Source of the DNA: the human T2T-CHM13v2.0 reference genome, Homo sapiens
DNA length: 64,000 bases
Assembly: GCF_009914755.1 (NCBI RefSeq)
Contig: NC_060927.1
Strand: one strand, 5' to 3'
Positions 41,165-54,587 of the stretch are shown here, one piece after another. Under the pieces are notes generated by a model. That model saw only the letters and a list, made by a program, of their open reading frames with translations, did not search any database and was not told where the DNA came from. Each line of letters begins with the position of its first letter. Positions within the stretch are counted from its first letter, which is position 1. The translations under genes and the position numbers were made by a program.

Positions 41165-42784
41165 ACTATTTTATTAGTTTTTGCAAAAAAAACAGCTCCT
41201 GAGTTTGTTGAGCCTTTGAATGGTTATTTTTGTGTATGTGTGTGCCCCTGTCTCCTTCAGTTCAGCTCTGATTTTGGTTATTTCTTGTCTTCTGCTAGCT
41301 TTGGGATTTGTTTGCAAGTGGTTCTCTAGTTCTTTTAGTTGTGGCATTAGGTTGTTAACTTGAGATCTTTCTAACTTTTTGATGTGGATATTTAGTACTA
41401 CAGATTTCCCTCGTAATACCACCTTAGCTGTGTCCTAGAGATCCTGGTACATTGTGTCTTGGCTCTTATTAGTTTCAAAGAACTTCTTGATTTCTGCTGT
41501 AATTTCATTATTTATCCAAAAGTCGTTCAGGAGCAGCTTATTCAATTTCCATGTAATTGTATTTTCTATTCCTTTTCCTTGTTCCATTTTTATCACTACT
41601 TGGCATATTAAATGCTTTACTTATTTATCTGCCTTTTCCCACTAAAATGTTATTTTATGAGGGCAAGAATTTTTGTCTTTTCATTTCTTTTTTAAAAATT
41701 TTTTGTCTTATTTTTCTGTCTCTTGTATCTATTTTAAAATCTATTATTTAAAAATCTCTATTGATTGGAAATATATGTAGTCAATGAGTGTATGCTAATA
41801 AATGAAATTGTGAGGAAGGGTTATGCATGTATGTATTGTGAGTGGGGATTAATGAGAAGGTAACTTACTTAGTTTGATGCTCATTTTTTACTAGGCACTT
41901 CGTGTTTGCAGTCTTGTTAAATTTTCACAACGATCCACTGAGATTTATATGGTCTTTGGCATTTGTTAGATATTTATCAAGGAGATGTTCCAGAGTTCTC
42001 ATATCTAGTAGAGAAGTTGAACTGTTAAATCTTTTTTATATTACAGGACTGATTTGTTGCAAGTGAAAGCTTACTAGAACACTTGAGAAATGTTTTGGTG
42101 AATAAATAGGAGTCTCTTAATTGGATGGAATGACACTGGCATTTCAGGGAGAGAAAAGGGCATGGAAAGGCAGAAGTCTAAAATACCAAGGTTTCAAATC
42201 CCAGGGGAAATGTGGAAAAATAATACAGATATGATACCACAGAATATTGATCTAATATTTTAAGTAATCTCAGACTTTTATTTTTATTTCTTTAACATAC
42301 TTTCCTATAATTGGTCATAACTTGGATTTATTTTAGGAAATATCATTGGATAGGGGGATAATTAACAATTATGGCATTGTTCCTTGGAGAAAATAGCATT
42401 ACCTAATAATATTGACTTTGGGTATAGTTTCCATGTATTAAATGAAGCTAAAAGTAGAGACTGTCCATGTGTAATGTAGAATTTTATTAACAATTAGAAC
42501 ATTTTTTATTTAAAATACCCATGATAAGGATTTTTTTTAATTAGAGCTGAGACCCATAACTCTGTTTAAAATAAAACCCTTTCATTGATTACATGCAAGG
42601 AATGGACTTAAAGAGATGAGTCACTGTTGCCTGGCCACAAGAAATGCACGTTCTTATGTGATCTCTTCCCTGCTTAGTTACCCAGTTAACCATTAAATCC
42701 ACTTTTTCTTCCTTTGGTTATTTGTGTATTTGTGCCTGCTGTCTCTCTAAATGGATTGATTTTTCACTCCTTGACATGTTTTTA

Positions 42785-42932
42785 CCTCCTCCTCCTTCTC
42801 CTCCTCCTTCTTCTCTCTTCTTCTCCTCCTCCTTCTCCTTCTTCTCCTTCTTCCTTCTTTTCTCCTTCCTTCCTCCTCCTCCTCTTCTTCCTCCCCCTCC
42901 TCCTTCTTCTTCACCTCCTCCTCCTTCTTCCT
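42785..42932. repeat. (CCT/CTT)n trinucleotide pyrimidine tract
   Basis: cctcctcctccttctcctcctccttcttct... Confidence 0.95.
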
Positions 42933-43056
42933 TATTTTTTGCCCAAAATGTATGTTCTACTTTATATCCCCCCACCCGCAATTCCTAGTAGTAGTTTTCT
43001 AAACTGATCACATTCCTGTCACTTCCTAAAAGGAAAATCAAAAAATTTTTATAATA

Positions 43057-43201
43057 TTTGAAACATTTCTCAGTATACAATTTGAAAATATTTTAAAGCT
43101 ATGCCAAAAATGATTAAATAGTCAGAACCTCTTTCAACCAAAAGGGTATCAAATACATGTTGTTACTTTCTTTTAGTAACGTTAATGTGGTGTTTCATAA
43201 T
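43057..43201 (+). repeat. dispersed direct repeat, copy 1
   Basis: Shares an identical 29-mer tttgaaaatattttaaagctatgccaaaa and colinear flanks with 44669-44813. Confidence 0.9.
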
Positions 43202-43936
43202 ATATATTGGTCTTGCCACTGTTTGTTACATTGTGCATTGGACTTTTAAAAATGTTATCTATCATACTGTTCATCTGTTTTATTTAGCATTATTAAGGTC
43301 TAGGGAGATTAAGCTGTTTACCACTCTTTTCTAAGCAGTTAGTAGAGGATGTGGAACTTCTGTCTCCTATCAAGGACTTTTTATTCCAAATCATGTTATC
43401 TCATCCTAGGTATAGGATATTTGGTAGGTGTATCATTTTTAGAGTGGTAGATTTATCTGGATTTCCAATTATTTTAGCATATCTTCTAAGAAAACTAAAA
43501 ACATTTTTCTAACAATTATGCTGTGGCAAATATCTATGGTTCTCATTTGGCTGGATGTCTTAGGACTGGACTTACATTGACGAATATTTAATCATCTGTC
43601 AGCCTTCTGTTGGTGACTTTGTGCTAATCAATATCCAAGCATGCACTTACGCCCTCTGTATTCAGTTCATCTTCTAGCATGGGCCTGATTCTATTTAGAT
43701 TGGCTTTGAATGTATTCTACTCTCCAATCCTGTTATTACTATTATATATTTCTTATTACTGTAGTTTTTGGAATTCTCCTTATCTTCCTCTCAGACTTCC
43801 AACTATAATGCTGATTCAAGATGCCTAAAAACATTCTGATTATATCCACAAAGAAAACTCTAGTTGCACAGAGATGTAAATCATCAATTAATATTTAAGT
43901 TTACAGTACTGACAAAAACTGTAGAGATCTTCCAAT

Positions 43937-44300
43937 CCAGGGGAAAACAATCTAGGCATCACTGAGCCTCTATGAGGACCTACTGCAAGGTCAAAACTAC
44001 TTTCTTAGTAATATTAAGATGATGTTATTTTCTTATTAACTTTCATTCTCATAGGAGTATACTCCCATTAGAAATTTTCCAGAGGTTACTGATTGATCCA
44101 GCTGCTTTTATTAACCCAATAAAGATGTTTGAAAAAATGTGTTTATGAATTTGTATTAAAATAAAAAAAGTCAACCCATTTCATGTTAACATTAAAAATT
44201 GTTTATAAGAATGAAACAAAATTATTCTTTTTCATAACAAAAAAATTATTGAAAGTCATGACATTATTTTGCAATTTTGCAAATTTTTTATTGGTGTAAG
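43937..44300. mobile_element. Charlie1-like hAT fragment
   Basis: aaggtcaaaactactttcttagtaatattaagat...tttcattctc...ttttccagaggttac. Confidence 0.65.
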
Positions 44301-44668
44301 CTAAACAACTCATGATAAGCTAACTAACCATGCTAAGCCTACTATTTCTAAATTGGGTATCAAAATAGTACTAACTAAACGTGAAATAAATGTTTATTAT
44401 TATTAAGATTCAGGATATTTATATTTTGTTTTCTTTTAGAAAATCTGAATGCATTTTATACACAACAAAGTTTTGTAAGAATATTTTAGCTGATTCTTAT
44501 TAGTATGCAATAGTCTGTATATACCCCAAATGAAATAAAAATACATAATTTCCAGAATCAATATTCCAGATACCATGTTAAGTTTTCTACTTTTTCCGTG
44601 CCTAGGGATGGCACTGCTTTATCTCGTGGCTTTATTGTTCTGGTAGTAAAACCAAACAATTATATTAG

Positions 44669-44813
44669 TTTAAACATTTATCAATATTTTGAAAATATTT
44701 TAAAGCTATGCCAAAAGTAATGATAAAATAATCAGGACCTTGTCCAAAAATGAGGGTATCAAATATACTTTGTTATACTTTATTTTTGCAACATTAATCA
44801 GGTGTTTCATAAT
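44669..44813 (+). repeat. dispersed direct repeat, copy 2
   Basis: Homologous to 43057-43201 through ...ggtgtttcataat. Confidence 0.9.
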
Positions 44814-45063
44814 GTCTTTATTTCATGACTCTCTATTTTCCAGGTTTGTTTGCAAAGTTACAGAAAATTATTTGTCTATCACCACACTAAAGAAAATAAT
44901 ATTTGTAGTACACAGGATCTGCTCAGTTACAGAACAACTCATAGATAAGCAAAGAATGAAATATTGGTTAGTTGAATAAAATATTTAAGATGATTCTCCA
45001 CACTTTCTTTAAAGATTTCTCTTTTTCATGTTTTTTCAAGACTTCATAGTGTGATTACCTTGA

Positions 45064-45403
<340 letters not shown>

Positions 45404-47219
45404 CTGAATCTCTTCTTAAAGAGAGAGGTGTATCCTGTGATATCAACCTACAGCAACTAGCTTCAGTTTCCAATGCTATTAGAAGATGGACTCTATGAAA
45501 AATCAGAAATCCTGAATATATAATTCAGGAAAGTTTATATTAACAAAGATAAGATGGAACATGTAAATATATACTATACTTTCAGGTGGGGAGAAGATTC
45601 TTGGCCTTGGATTTATCTTCTATAATATAGATATTCTCTACATATGAAAAAAGATTCAAGATTTAACTCAAAATAAATAAATACATTTTAAGCAATGACA
45701 ATTAACAATTTTGTGGCTTCACTAACTTTTATATGCAAAGTTAATATAAATCCACCAATTGCTCTAGACCTCCTATCAAATATGTGGTATCATATTCTTC
45801 ATGATAGTAGAGAGATAGATAGAGGTCGTGTATCATTATACTGTATTTCATTTGGGACAGTGACTGCTTTCAGTTGAGGGCACTTAAGAATAGTTCAAAT
45901 CCAGACAGACAAATGGCAGTTTGGTTGGCAATGGAGTTAAATTTCTGATCCTTTCATTAATGTCCTAACAAATGTAAGGCATGGCAGCCTAAAGTATATA
46001 TTATTCACAGTAATTTCAGGAAAACGAATGCGTGTGAATCAAATCTGTGAATAACTCATTCCATGAGGTGAATGTACAAAGAAAAAAGTAACTACTTTAT
46101 TTTTGCAACATCTAATTTGTGAATTTTTCTTCCGAATCCCATTCTCTGAATAGGGTGCCTTGCAGGGGCAGGGGTTGAGAGTGACTATTCTAATGATTCT
46201 ATTAGAAACAATTAAAATACGTAAACCTTACTTTAGTATTTGTTTATTTTTGGACTAAAAGAATAGTTTCTCAAATAAATTTTCTTCTCTTACACTACCA
46301 TCATCTTATATGAGCACGGATATTGAGGTGTTTATCTCTTTCTAAATTTGAGGATAAAGGGACTTCTTGCTGGTTCTCCAGTGCGTAAAGACAGACACGT
46401 GCTGCTCTCCAGGGAAACATTTTTTTTTTTCTTCTGCTTACAACACACCCTTCAGGTAGATTCACGTGATCTTTTTTTGATATGCATATACAGGGACTCT
46501 CAGCCTGCTCAATGCTGACTCAACTTCTCTTCAGCTTTCTTGAGCTATCAGCTACCATGATCCATCCTGCAGTCTGAAAGAAGTCCCCTCACTACATCGT
46601 GATATATATCATGGTGGTTCCTCTGGTTTTCAATTTACTTCCAATCCATATTTGAAATTAAATCATCCTGGAAAGATAAATCCCAAAGCCTCCTTTCCCG
46701 TGATCACATTTTGCTCTTGACTATTTATAAGATATACTGCAAAGTTCCCTCCTGCCAGTGGTTGAAATAGGTAGTTGCGGGGGAGCCTTGCTGTTGATGC
46801 TCTTTTACAACAAAATATTTCTTCTTCTTTTTATAATTTTCCAGGATTCAAAAATGGGTGAAATTTTCCTTTACTTCAAAATTGTTGCCTCTTTCTTCCT
46901 GAGTCAAGTTAGGTCATAATGGTGAACACAGAAAAAGGTTTTTAAAGAATGACTCTGCAGGCCTGTCCTTGGTGTGTTACATCAGAACTAAAAAACAAAT
47001 TCAGGTTAATTCTTTCTTAAGACAGTAGCCAGGCTTGCAATTTCCATATGTATGTCTGCATTCACGTTACAAAACAAAACAGAACAGAACAAAACAAAAC
47101 AAAACAGTATAAAAGAAAGACAAAATAGAAATATCTCAAGATACTTAGCCCCTGGATGATGAGATAATAGATCATGGTAAGTATAGATTGTGTGTATATA
47201 TTATGTATTTACTCATTAT

Positions 47220-47243
47220 ACACACACACACACACACACACAC
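47220..47243. repeat. (CA)n microsatellite
   Basis: acacacacacacacacacacacac. Confidence 0.95.
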
Positions 47244-50200
47244 ATGCATGCACACAGACACATGTATACCTCTTTTTTATTTTTCATACTTTGCATTAAT
47301 TTTGTGGTCAGAAAAAATGACTTTAAAACATCTCTTTGTTTTTAGAAATACCACTAAGGTGATTTTTTCCAGAATCCCTCTAATGCCGATAACATAGAAA
47401 AGAAAATGGAACAAAGAAAAAATAAGATATGATGAGGATTATTCGGTCATAGTTGAGAAGAACATTTTTATGACAAAACAGTAACTTACGGATGTAAGTT
47501 ATGAACATTACTGTGTATGACATTTTTTAAAAATGTGTTATTTTTTTCTCTCCACAACATGGTAATGCCTGATTGAAGCACTATAGCAGTTAGCTGACCT
47601 TATATAACAGTGGGATTGTTTATATGAACAAGACATAAGAAACTTATTTAAGTGGAGCAAAAAAAGATAAACTTTAATCAGAACACAAGAGATTTTTTTT
47701 CAGCATCTTTCTAAAATCCTTTTATAATCTCTAAATAAAGGGAATGGACCAATGATCTCTCAGGCCCTTTCCTAAAATGTTATGTGATAGCATAAAACCC
47801 GACTTCCTAATAAAGGATAATGCTGCATTGAATCAGGCCAAAGCGATTTACTGATACAAAAATATGAGAAACCCCTATTAATCAGCAGAGTAAGGGAGTT
47901 TATGACTGGCTTATGGCTTATTTTCTTTTTTTCAGAATAACAAAAACAAAGTAGAATTGAATCTGAGTTAAAATAATGATGTTAAAATAATATTGTCAAC
48001 ATGAAACCAAAGCTTTCAGTATTTCAATTTTAACGTAAGATTAAATTGCACATTTGGATAACATGTGTTTGCTTATATTTATGAAATTAGGTTTTAAATA
48101 TAATCAATGCTAGGAGCAAATTTTTTCATTGTTTTATTTTTCCATATCTCATAGCATTCATTAGGGTGAACTAGGTGGAGCTTGATAGCTCTAGTTTATT
48201 GCAATGACACTTTATTTATCAGGAAGCACATTTTCTGGCTGACTCAAATGTCTACAACCCTGCCATAAACCCCAAATATGCGGGAAATTGTCCTTAAACC
48301 ATTTTATATCCTAGTTGCATACACACACACATTGTGTTGATGAGTAAACTTATATACAGTATATGTAATATAAATGTTAATATGTTATATAGTATTAGAT
48401 ATAACATTTGTTTATATTTATATGTATGAAACTTAATGCTCATTTGTTTGGAAGAAATGATCTAAAATCCATAATTCACTCAAAGTTGTTAGTCCTCAGT
48501 AAAGGATAGATGTGGAAAAAAAAAGAAAAAGTGGGTTGGGTAAGATATTTTACAAGCAAAAAATAAAAGGAGATGACAGGCTGATAATAAGAAAGGGGTG
48601 GATGACTATAAAAAAACAAACACAAAAGCAAAAAGCTTATTGACTTGAGGGCACTGAAATATACAAGAAAATCATTCTTATATACCTACCTTAATGCCAA
48701 ATGAGGAATTGTTGCATTAAACCTTAGTATAATAATTGAGGACCATAATGATGCTGATTAAGAAACCATTGAAGTTTATAATATTTTTAAAGGTTCTCTC
48801 AGATATTATTAAATAATCTCACCTTTAGCTCGTAGATGGATATTTGTCAATTGTCTGAAAGATACACTTCTGTTGAACGAGCTCATGATTTTGTAACAAA
48901 TTATAAATAATGCTGTATTATAGTGCTTTTGAAGTGCATTCCCATCAATACAGAGGCAGAATTATCTATTAGGTTCCATAGAGTCAGCTGAAGTTGGTTT
49001 AAAGGTTTTTTTTATATTTAAAATTATTTGTTATTGTTTATTTTTAGTAAGAGAGAAGATTTTAAAATTCTGAGAATATCTCTTTGGATGGTAGTTGTTT
49101 TGTAATCTAAAAGATCATTTAAAAATCCTGCAATTTGTAACCCCTTGTTGGATCATAGCTACTGTAAGTTTGTAATTCAAAAGTGATAGCTATAAGAGAA
49201 TCAGGAAAAGTATATTACAAAAACTTTGCTGTAATTATTATACACTTTTGCATATATTCTAAAAAAAGAAAAAACGCAAATATTTAAATAAGTAAAGGAT
49301 TCTGTTTAATTATTTTTCCCTTTTATATGGAGAACTGTTAGGAACAGACTTAGGTGCTGAGAAGGGGCAGGAACACTTTTATAAGAAGTTGTATGAAGCT
49401 GATTGGTAGATCCAGACAGCTTTTTGTTGAGTGACGCAAAAATTTAGATCAAGTATGGACAGCTGTAAATAGTAGCTAGAGGACATTTGGCAGCCAAGGA
49501 ATGGTGCTAAACATTGGCTATGGAACCAATAGTATTGAGTAATTAGCAATAACAGAGAAGGTAAATGAGAAAACTATCAGAAATTTAGGGGCAATTCATG
49601 GGATATTTGGAAAATGTGCTGAATATGTATAAAGGAACTGGAATGAAATAAAAAGTTTCTTCTGAGACCTATACTTCTGAGTGCCTAGCAGAACATATTT
49701 GAATAAAAATATCATGCAATTTAAGTTTTAAAAACTTTACTTTGCTCACAATGACTTTTTGCAATACCTGAAAATATGATTCCAATATGGAATATAATAA
49801 TGTAATCTTTCTTGGTATTATTAACAAAATATACTAATGATGCCTTCAAATATTAGTTCCAGGGTATTAATTCAGTAAGGCAGTTTGCCAGGGCATAATT
49901 AAAAAGTCAAATTCTAATTGTTGCAATAGGGACCCTCTTAATAGTGCCATAATTAGAATCACCATTTTCTTATAATCTGGCAAATTCTGTCATTCATTAA
50001 TAAAAATAGTATTTTAATTTAATTATACAAATGACTTTTTTTCATAGTTACATTCCTTCATATAGAGTAATGATTCTCTTCATTTTAAAAAACATATGTA
50101 AGTTTCTGTTTTTTCAACTTAAAATCCCAAACCTAGACTTTATGCAGACTATTGTACATTCACAATAGCAGAAAATTGGCAATTGTTGGGCTAGTTCAAT

Positions 50201-50269
50201 GTTTCCTTCCAATTTATCCATTACCTAACAATAATGCTATTGCATCGTCCTTTTGTTTCATCTATTTCT

Positions 50270-50420
50270 AATTATTTGAATAACTAGACTGTAAACTCCA
50301 TGACTATGTTTTAAAATTAGCTAGGACTATGTTTTAAAATTAATCATATAGCAGAGAACTTGGCATGTAGTAGATATTCATTATATACTTATCTAGTGAT
50401 TAAAAGAATGAATGAATGAG
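50270..50420 (+). mobile_element. L2 3' end containing an 18-bp duplication
   Basis: actagactgtaaactccatga...ttggcatgtagtagatattca...gaatgaatgaatga; gactatgttttaaaatta at 50302 and 50325. Confidence 0.7.
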
Positions 50421-52329
50421 TGGGTTTTCCCTTCTTTTCCCAATTCATTTGGCTGAAACTTGAGTACTCTGCCTAATTCTATTCACTGCCATTCCTGACT
50501 GGTTCCTGAAAGCTAATGCTGACTGAAACAACATATCCCAGAATAATGACTTCTCATTTCACCATAATGATCTATTTTCCTGAGTAATAATTCTAGAACC
50601 CTTCACTTGTACAGTTAAAATAGTTGGTTTGACTCTTCAAATACTAAGACCTATAGTTAAATTTCTTCCCCATAGCTGAGTTAGAGTATGTAGTTTAACA
50701 AATTTAAGGTGTTTTACAAATATTGATTGGTTGATTAGATTTTTCAGAGTTTGGTACTGTTTGTCCTCCGTGCCTTGTGGGTAGTGATCATGTTTGGATT
50801 AAGTAATCTTATGCAACATTTTAAACAACTTCTTGCATGAGTTTGATAAATTGATCCACATGTATTTATATTGATTCATTTAAAATTAATTGTAATTATT
50901 TCTCTCCTTCAAATAATGAACTTTTAAGGTTTGTAGTTATCTTTGTATCAGATAAATATAGTCCTCAGTATATATTACACATAACTATTATTTTAAAAAT
51001 TTTAGTTGTTCATTCATTCGTTTATATATATATTTATTCATTTATAAATATTTACAAAACAGCCAGTATATAAAAGATTCCACATAAGGTAGAATGGTAA
51101 AAACAGTAATAGCTACAACAGTATGAACTCTGACTAGATGATTTTACAGCTTAGTAGAGGATGTAAATAATATAATCTAGTATAATACTGAATATAAAAG
51201 TCATAAAAAATGTGAATGCCACAAATTTCAGAATTCAAGGATCTGGTCTTATTCATTTGTCTCCTTATTTCCTAGCATAAAGTCTAATTCTTTTATTAAA
51301 GAATTAGTTTGTATTGTTTTTATTTATTTGTGTTGTTTTTCAGTTATATTTTTAAAAACCATATGTTACATAACTTACCAAATAAGACACAATTATTCAA
51401 CCTTTTAAAGATGGAAAAAAAGGCTTACCCTTTCTATTGCTGATGAAGCCTTTCTGGACTCACCTATTAACCATTACACCAATTAAAGCTCATATTATAT
51501 TCTTACACTGCACATTTCTTCTATGCATAAATGAAAATAAATGTGCTCTAGGGTTTACAATCTAGGCATGTATGCTGAGGTTGATCATCAACAGCTCAGT
51601 ATTGTTGTAGTCTTGTCATTAATATATGGATAGTTTCTGCTTTAGTGGTCATGGTCTTTTATTCCTGCTTTGGCCTTTTTTAAAAAGTCACATAAGATTT
51701 ATTTTCCTAAAGTTTTAAATATCTATTTATACATCTTTATTTTTCTTCTCACCTGGTAGAGATTTTGAAAACATCACCACTCTTTCACCTTTTGGCTTCT
51801 GAATCAGAAACTTTTCTTTTCTCTTTGCAACAAACTCATGACTTTTATGTTGAAATCCTCACAATTTTCCCCAAAAGATACTTTAACCCCCAATGTTGAT
51901 GTTAGAGTAAATGAGGCTATTTACATGAAACTAGCAATACAGAGGTCATAACAAATGCATGAAACCCTTCTAGCATTTTTTAAAATGGGAAACTGGTTTC
52001 AAATATCTAGGTCCTTGTGATCTCTGGTGCCAGTTTCAAGCAAACAAGCAATGTTGGTATAAAGGGACTTACTATAAAGAAAGTACCAAAAAATTTCCTG
52101 TAAATACATCTAAACCTCTGTCATCTGAAACATAGAAAACCATAAAAGCATTCTATGGTCTAAATCAACAAGTATTACAAATAAAATCCTCATATATTCA
52201 AAGTATAATAGTAATAATTATAAGAAATAAGGTGTATTTACTGTTGTCCTAAATATTGCCACAATTCTTTTTTTCCTCTGGAAAGGATATTTATTAAAAC
52301 ACATATTTTATAAAAATATAGTCATTTCT

Positions 52330-54587
52330 TTTTTCCTTTTGTTTTTAACTGACATTGATTCTATTTTCCATTAATTAATTTTTAAAAAAACTTTTACTTT
52401 AGATTCAGGGGGGTACATGTGCATGTTTTTTACCTGGGTATATTATGTGATGTCAAGTTTTGGGTACAAATGGTCCTGTCACCCAGGTAGTGAGCATAGT
52501 ATCCAACAGTTAGTTTTTCAGCCCCTGCATTCCTCCAACAAATTTACTAAGACTAACAGAGAAACAAGGTTTTTAAAAGGGTTAATGGATGAAATAGAAT
52601 AACTTCTCATGTTTTTAAGATGTTAGAGTCCTATTTGTAAAACAAGAAAGCTGCTACCTCCCCACTCTAGTAGTCACCAGTGTCTATTATTGGCATGTTT
52701 ATGTTCATGAATATCCAGTGTATAGCTCCCACTTGTAAGTAAGAACATGAGGTATTTTTCTTTCTGTTTTCATATTAATTCGCTTAGTAATGGCCTCCAG
52801 TGGTATCCATGTTGCTGCAAAGGACATGATTTCATTCATTTTTATGGCTCTGTAGTATTCCATGGTATATATGTGCCATATTTTCTTTATCCAGTCCACA
52901 ATTGATGGAAACCAAGTTGATTGCATGTCTTTGCTATTGTGAATAGTGCTGCGATGAATATAGATGTGCATGTGTTTTTATAATAGAACAATTTATATTC
53001 CTTTGGGTATAAACCCAGTAATGAGAATGCCGGATCAAATGGTATTTCTGTCTTTAAGTCTTTGAGAGATCGCCACAGTCTTCCACAATGACCGAACTGA
53101 TTTACATTCCCACCAACAGTGTAAAAGCAGTCCTTTTTCTCTACAATCTCACAGCCATCTCTTGTTTTTTTGACTTTTTAATAATAGTCAAAAAATAGTC
53201 TGATTGGTGTGAGATAATATATCATTGTGGTCTTGATTTGCATTTCTCTAATGATCAGTGGTGATGACCATTTTTTCATTTGTTGGCTGTTGATATGTTG
53301 CCTTTTGAGAAGTGTCTGTTCATGTCTTTTACTTATTTTTAAATGGGGCCATTTGTTTTAAGCTTGTTCAATTGTTTAAGTTACTTATAGATTCTGAATA
53401 TTATACATTTGTTGGATACATAGTTTACAAATATTTTCTCACCTTCTGTGTGTTGTCTGTTTGTTGATAGTTTCTGTTTCTGTGCAGAAGATCTTTAGTT
53501 TAATTAGGTCCCACTGGCCAATTTTTATTTTTCTTGCAATTCCTTTTGACAGCTTAACCATAAATTCTCTCCCAAGCTCAATGTCCAGAATGATGTTTTC
53601 TGGATTTTCTTCTAGGATTCTTATGGTTTGAGATCTTACATTTAACTCTTTAACCCATCTTGGGTTAATTTTCATGTAGGGTGAAAGGTAGGAGTCCAGT
53701 TTCATTCTTCTGCACATGGCTAGCCAGTTATCTCAGCCCCATTAATTAAATATGGATTCTTTTTCCCATTGCTTATTTTTGTCAACTTTGTTGTATATTA
53801 GAAGGCTATAGATTTGTGGCATTATTTCTGGTTCTCTTGTTCTCGATTCTGTTCTATTGGTTTATACATCTGTTTTTGTACCAGTACCATGCTGTTTTGT
53901 TTATTGTAGGCTTATAGTATAGTTTGAAGTCAGCTAACATTATGCCCCTGGCTTTGTTCTTTTTACTTAGGATTGCTTTGGCTGTGTGGACCCTCTTTGG
54001 GTTCCATAGGAATTTTAGAATCGTTTTTTCAATTCTGTGAAAAATGACATTGGTAGTTTGGTAGGAATAGTGTTGAATCTGGAGATTGCTTTAGGCAATG
54101 TGGCCATTTTAATGACATTTATTCTTCAGATCCATGAGCATGGAATGTTTTCAATTTTTGTGTGTGTTATTTATGGTTTATTTTAGCAGTGTTTTGTAGA
54201 TCTCCTCGTAGATATTTTTAACCTCCTTGGTTAGATGTAGTCCCAGTATTTTTGTGGCTATTGTAAATGGGATTGCATTCTTAATTTAGCCCTCAGCTTG
54301 AATGTTATTGGCATATAGAAATACTACTGATTATTGTACATTGATTATCAGTTCCAGGAACTTTTTGGCAGAATTTTAGGGTTTTCTAGGTTTAGAATTA
54401 TATCAGCCATGGAGAGAGACAGTTTGATTTCTTTTCCTATTTGGATGCCTTTTATTTATTCCTCCTGCCTGATTGCTCTGGCTAGTAATTTCATTACTAT
54501 ATTGGTTACAAGTGGTGAGAGAGGGCATCCTTGTCTTGTTCTAGTTCTCAAGAAGAATGCTTTCAATTTTTACTGTTCAGTATAAGG
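52330..54587 (-). mobile_element. L1PA15/16-like 5'-truncated L1 with a foreign 120-bp insert
   Basis: 3'UTR gattcagggggtacatgtgca...gtcacccaggtagtgagcatagta; ORF2 C-terminal pieces; TSD at(a/g)gtcatttct at 52318-52329 and 54588-54599. Confidence 0.9.

Larger units (their letters stand above)
37878..41561 (-). mobile_element. older L1PA (L1PA11-13-like), 5'-truncated, ORF2 with frameshifts
   Basis: 3'UTR aaacttgtgtcatggggg...ttcatcacccaggtattaagcctagtaccc; ORF2 pieces include [11 protein letters not shown] (RT motif) and [15 protein letters not shown]. Confidence 0.92.

Noticed and set aside
37674-41422. L1 ORF2 (reverse transcriptase) fragments as an active gene or novel RT system
   Set aside because: They are ordinary frameshifted, 5'-truncated L1 relics lacking ORF1 and a promoter.
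42714-43007. Poly-L/P/S and poly-E/G ORFs
   Set aside because: They are readings of the (CCT/CTT)n repeat, with no exon context.
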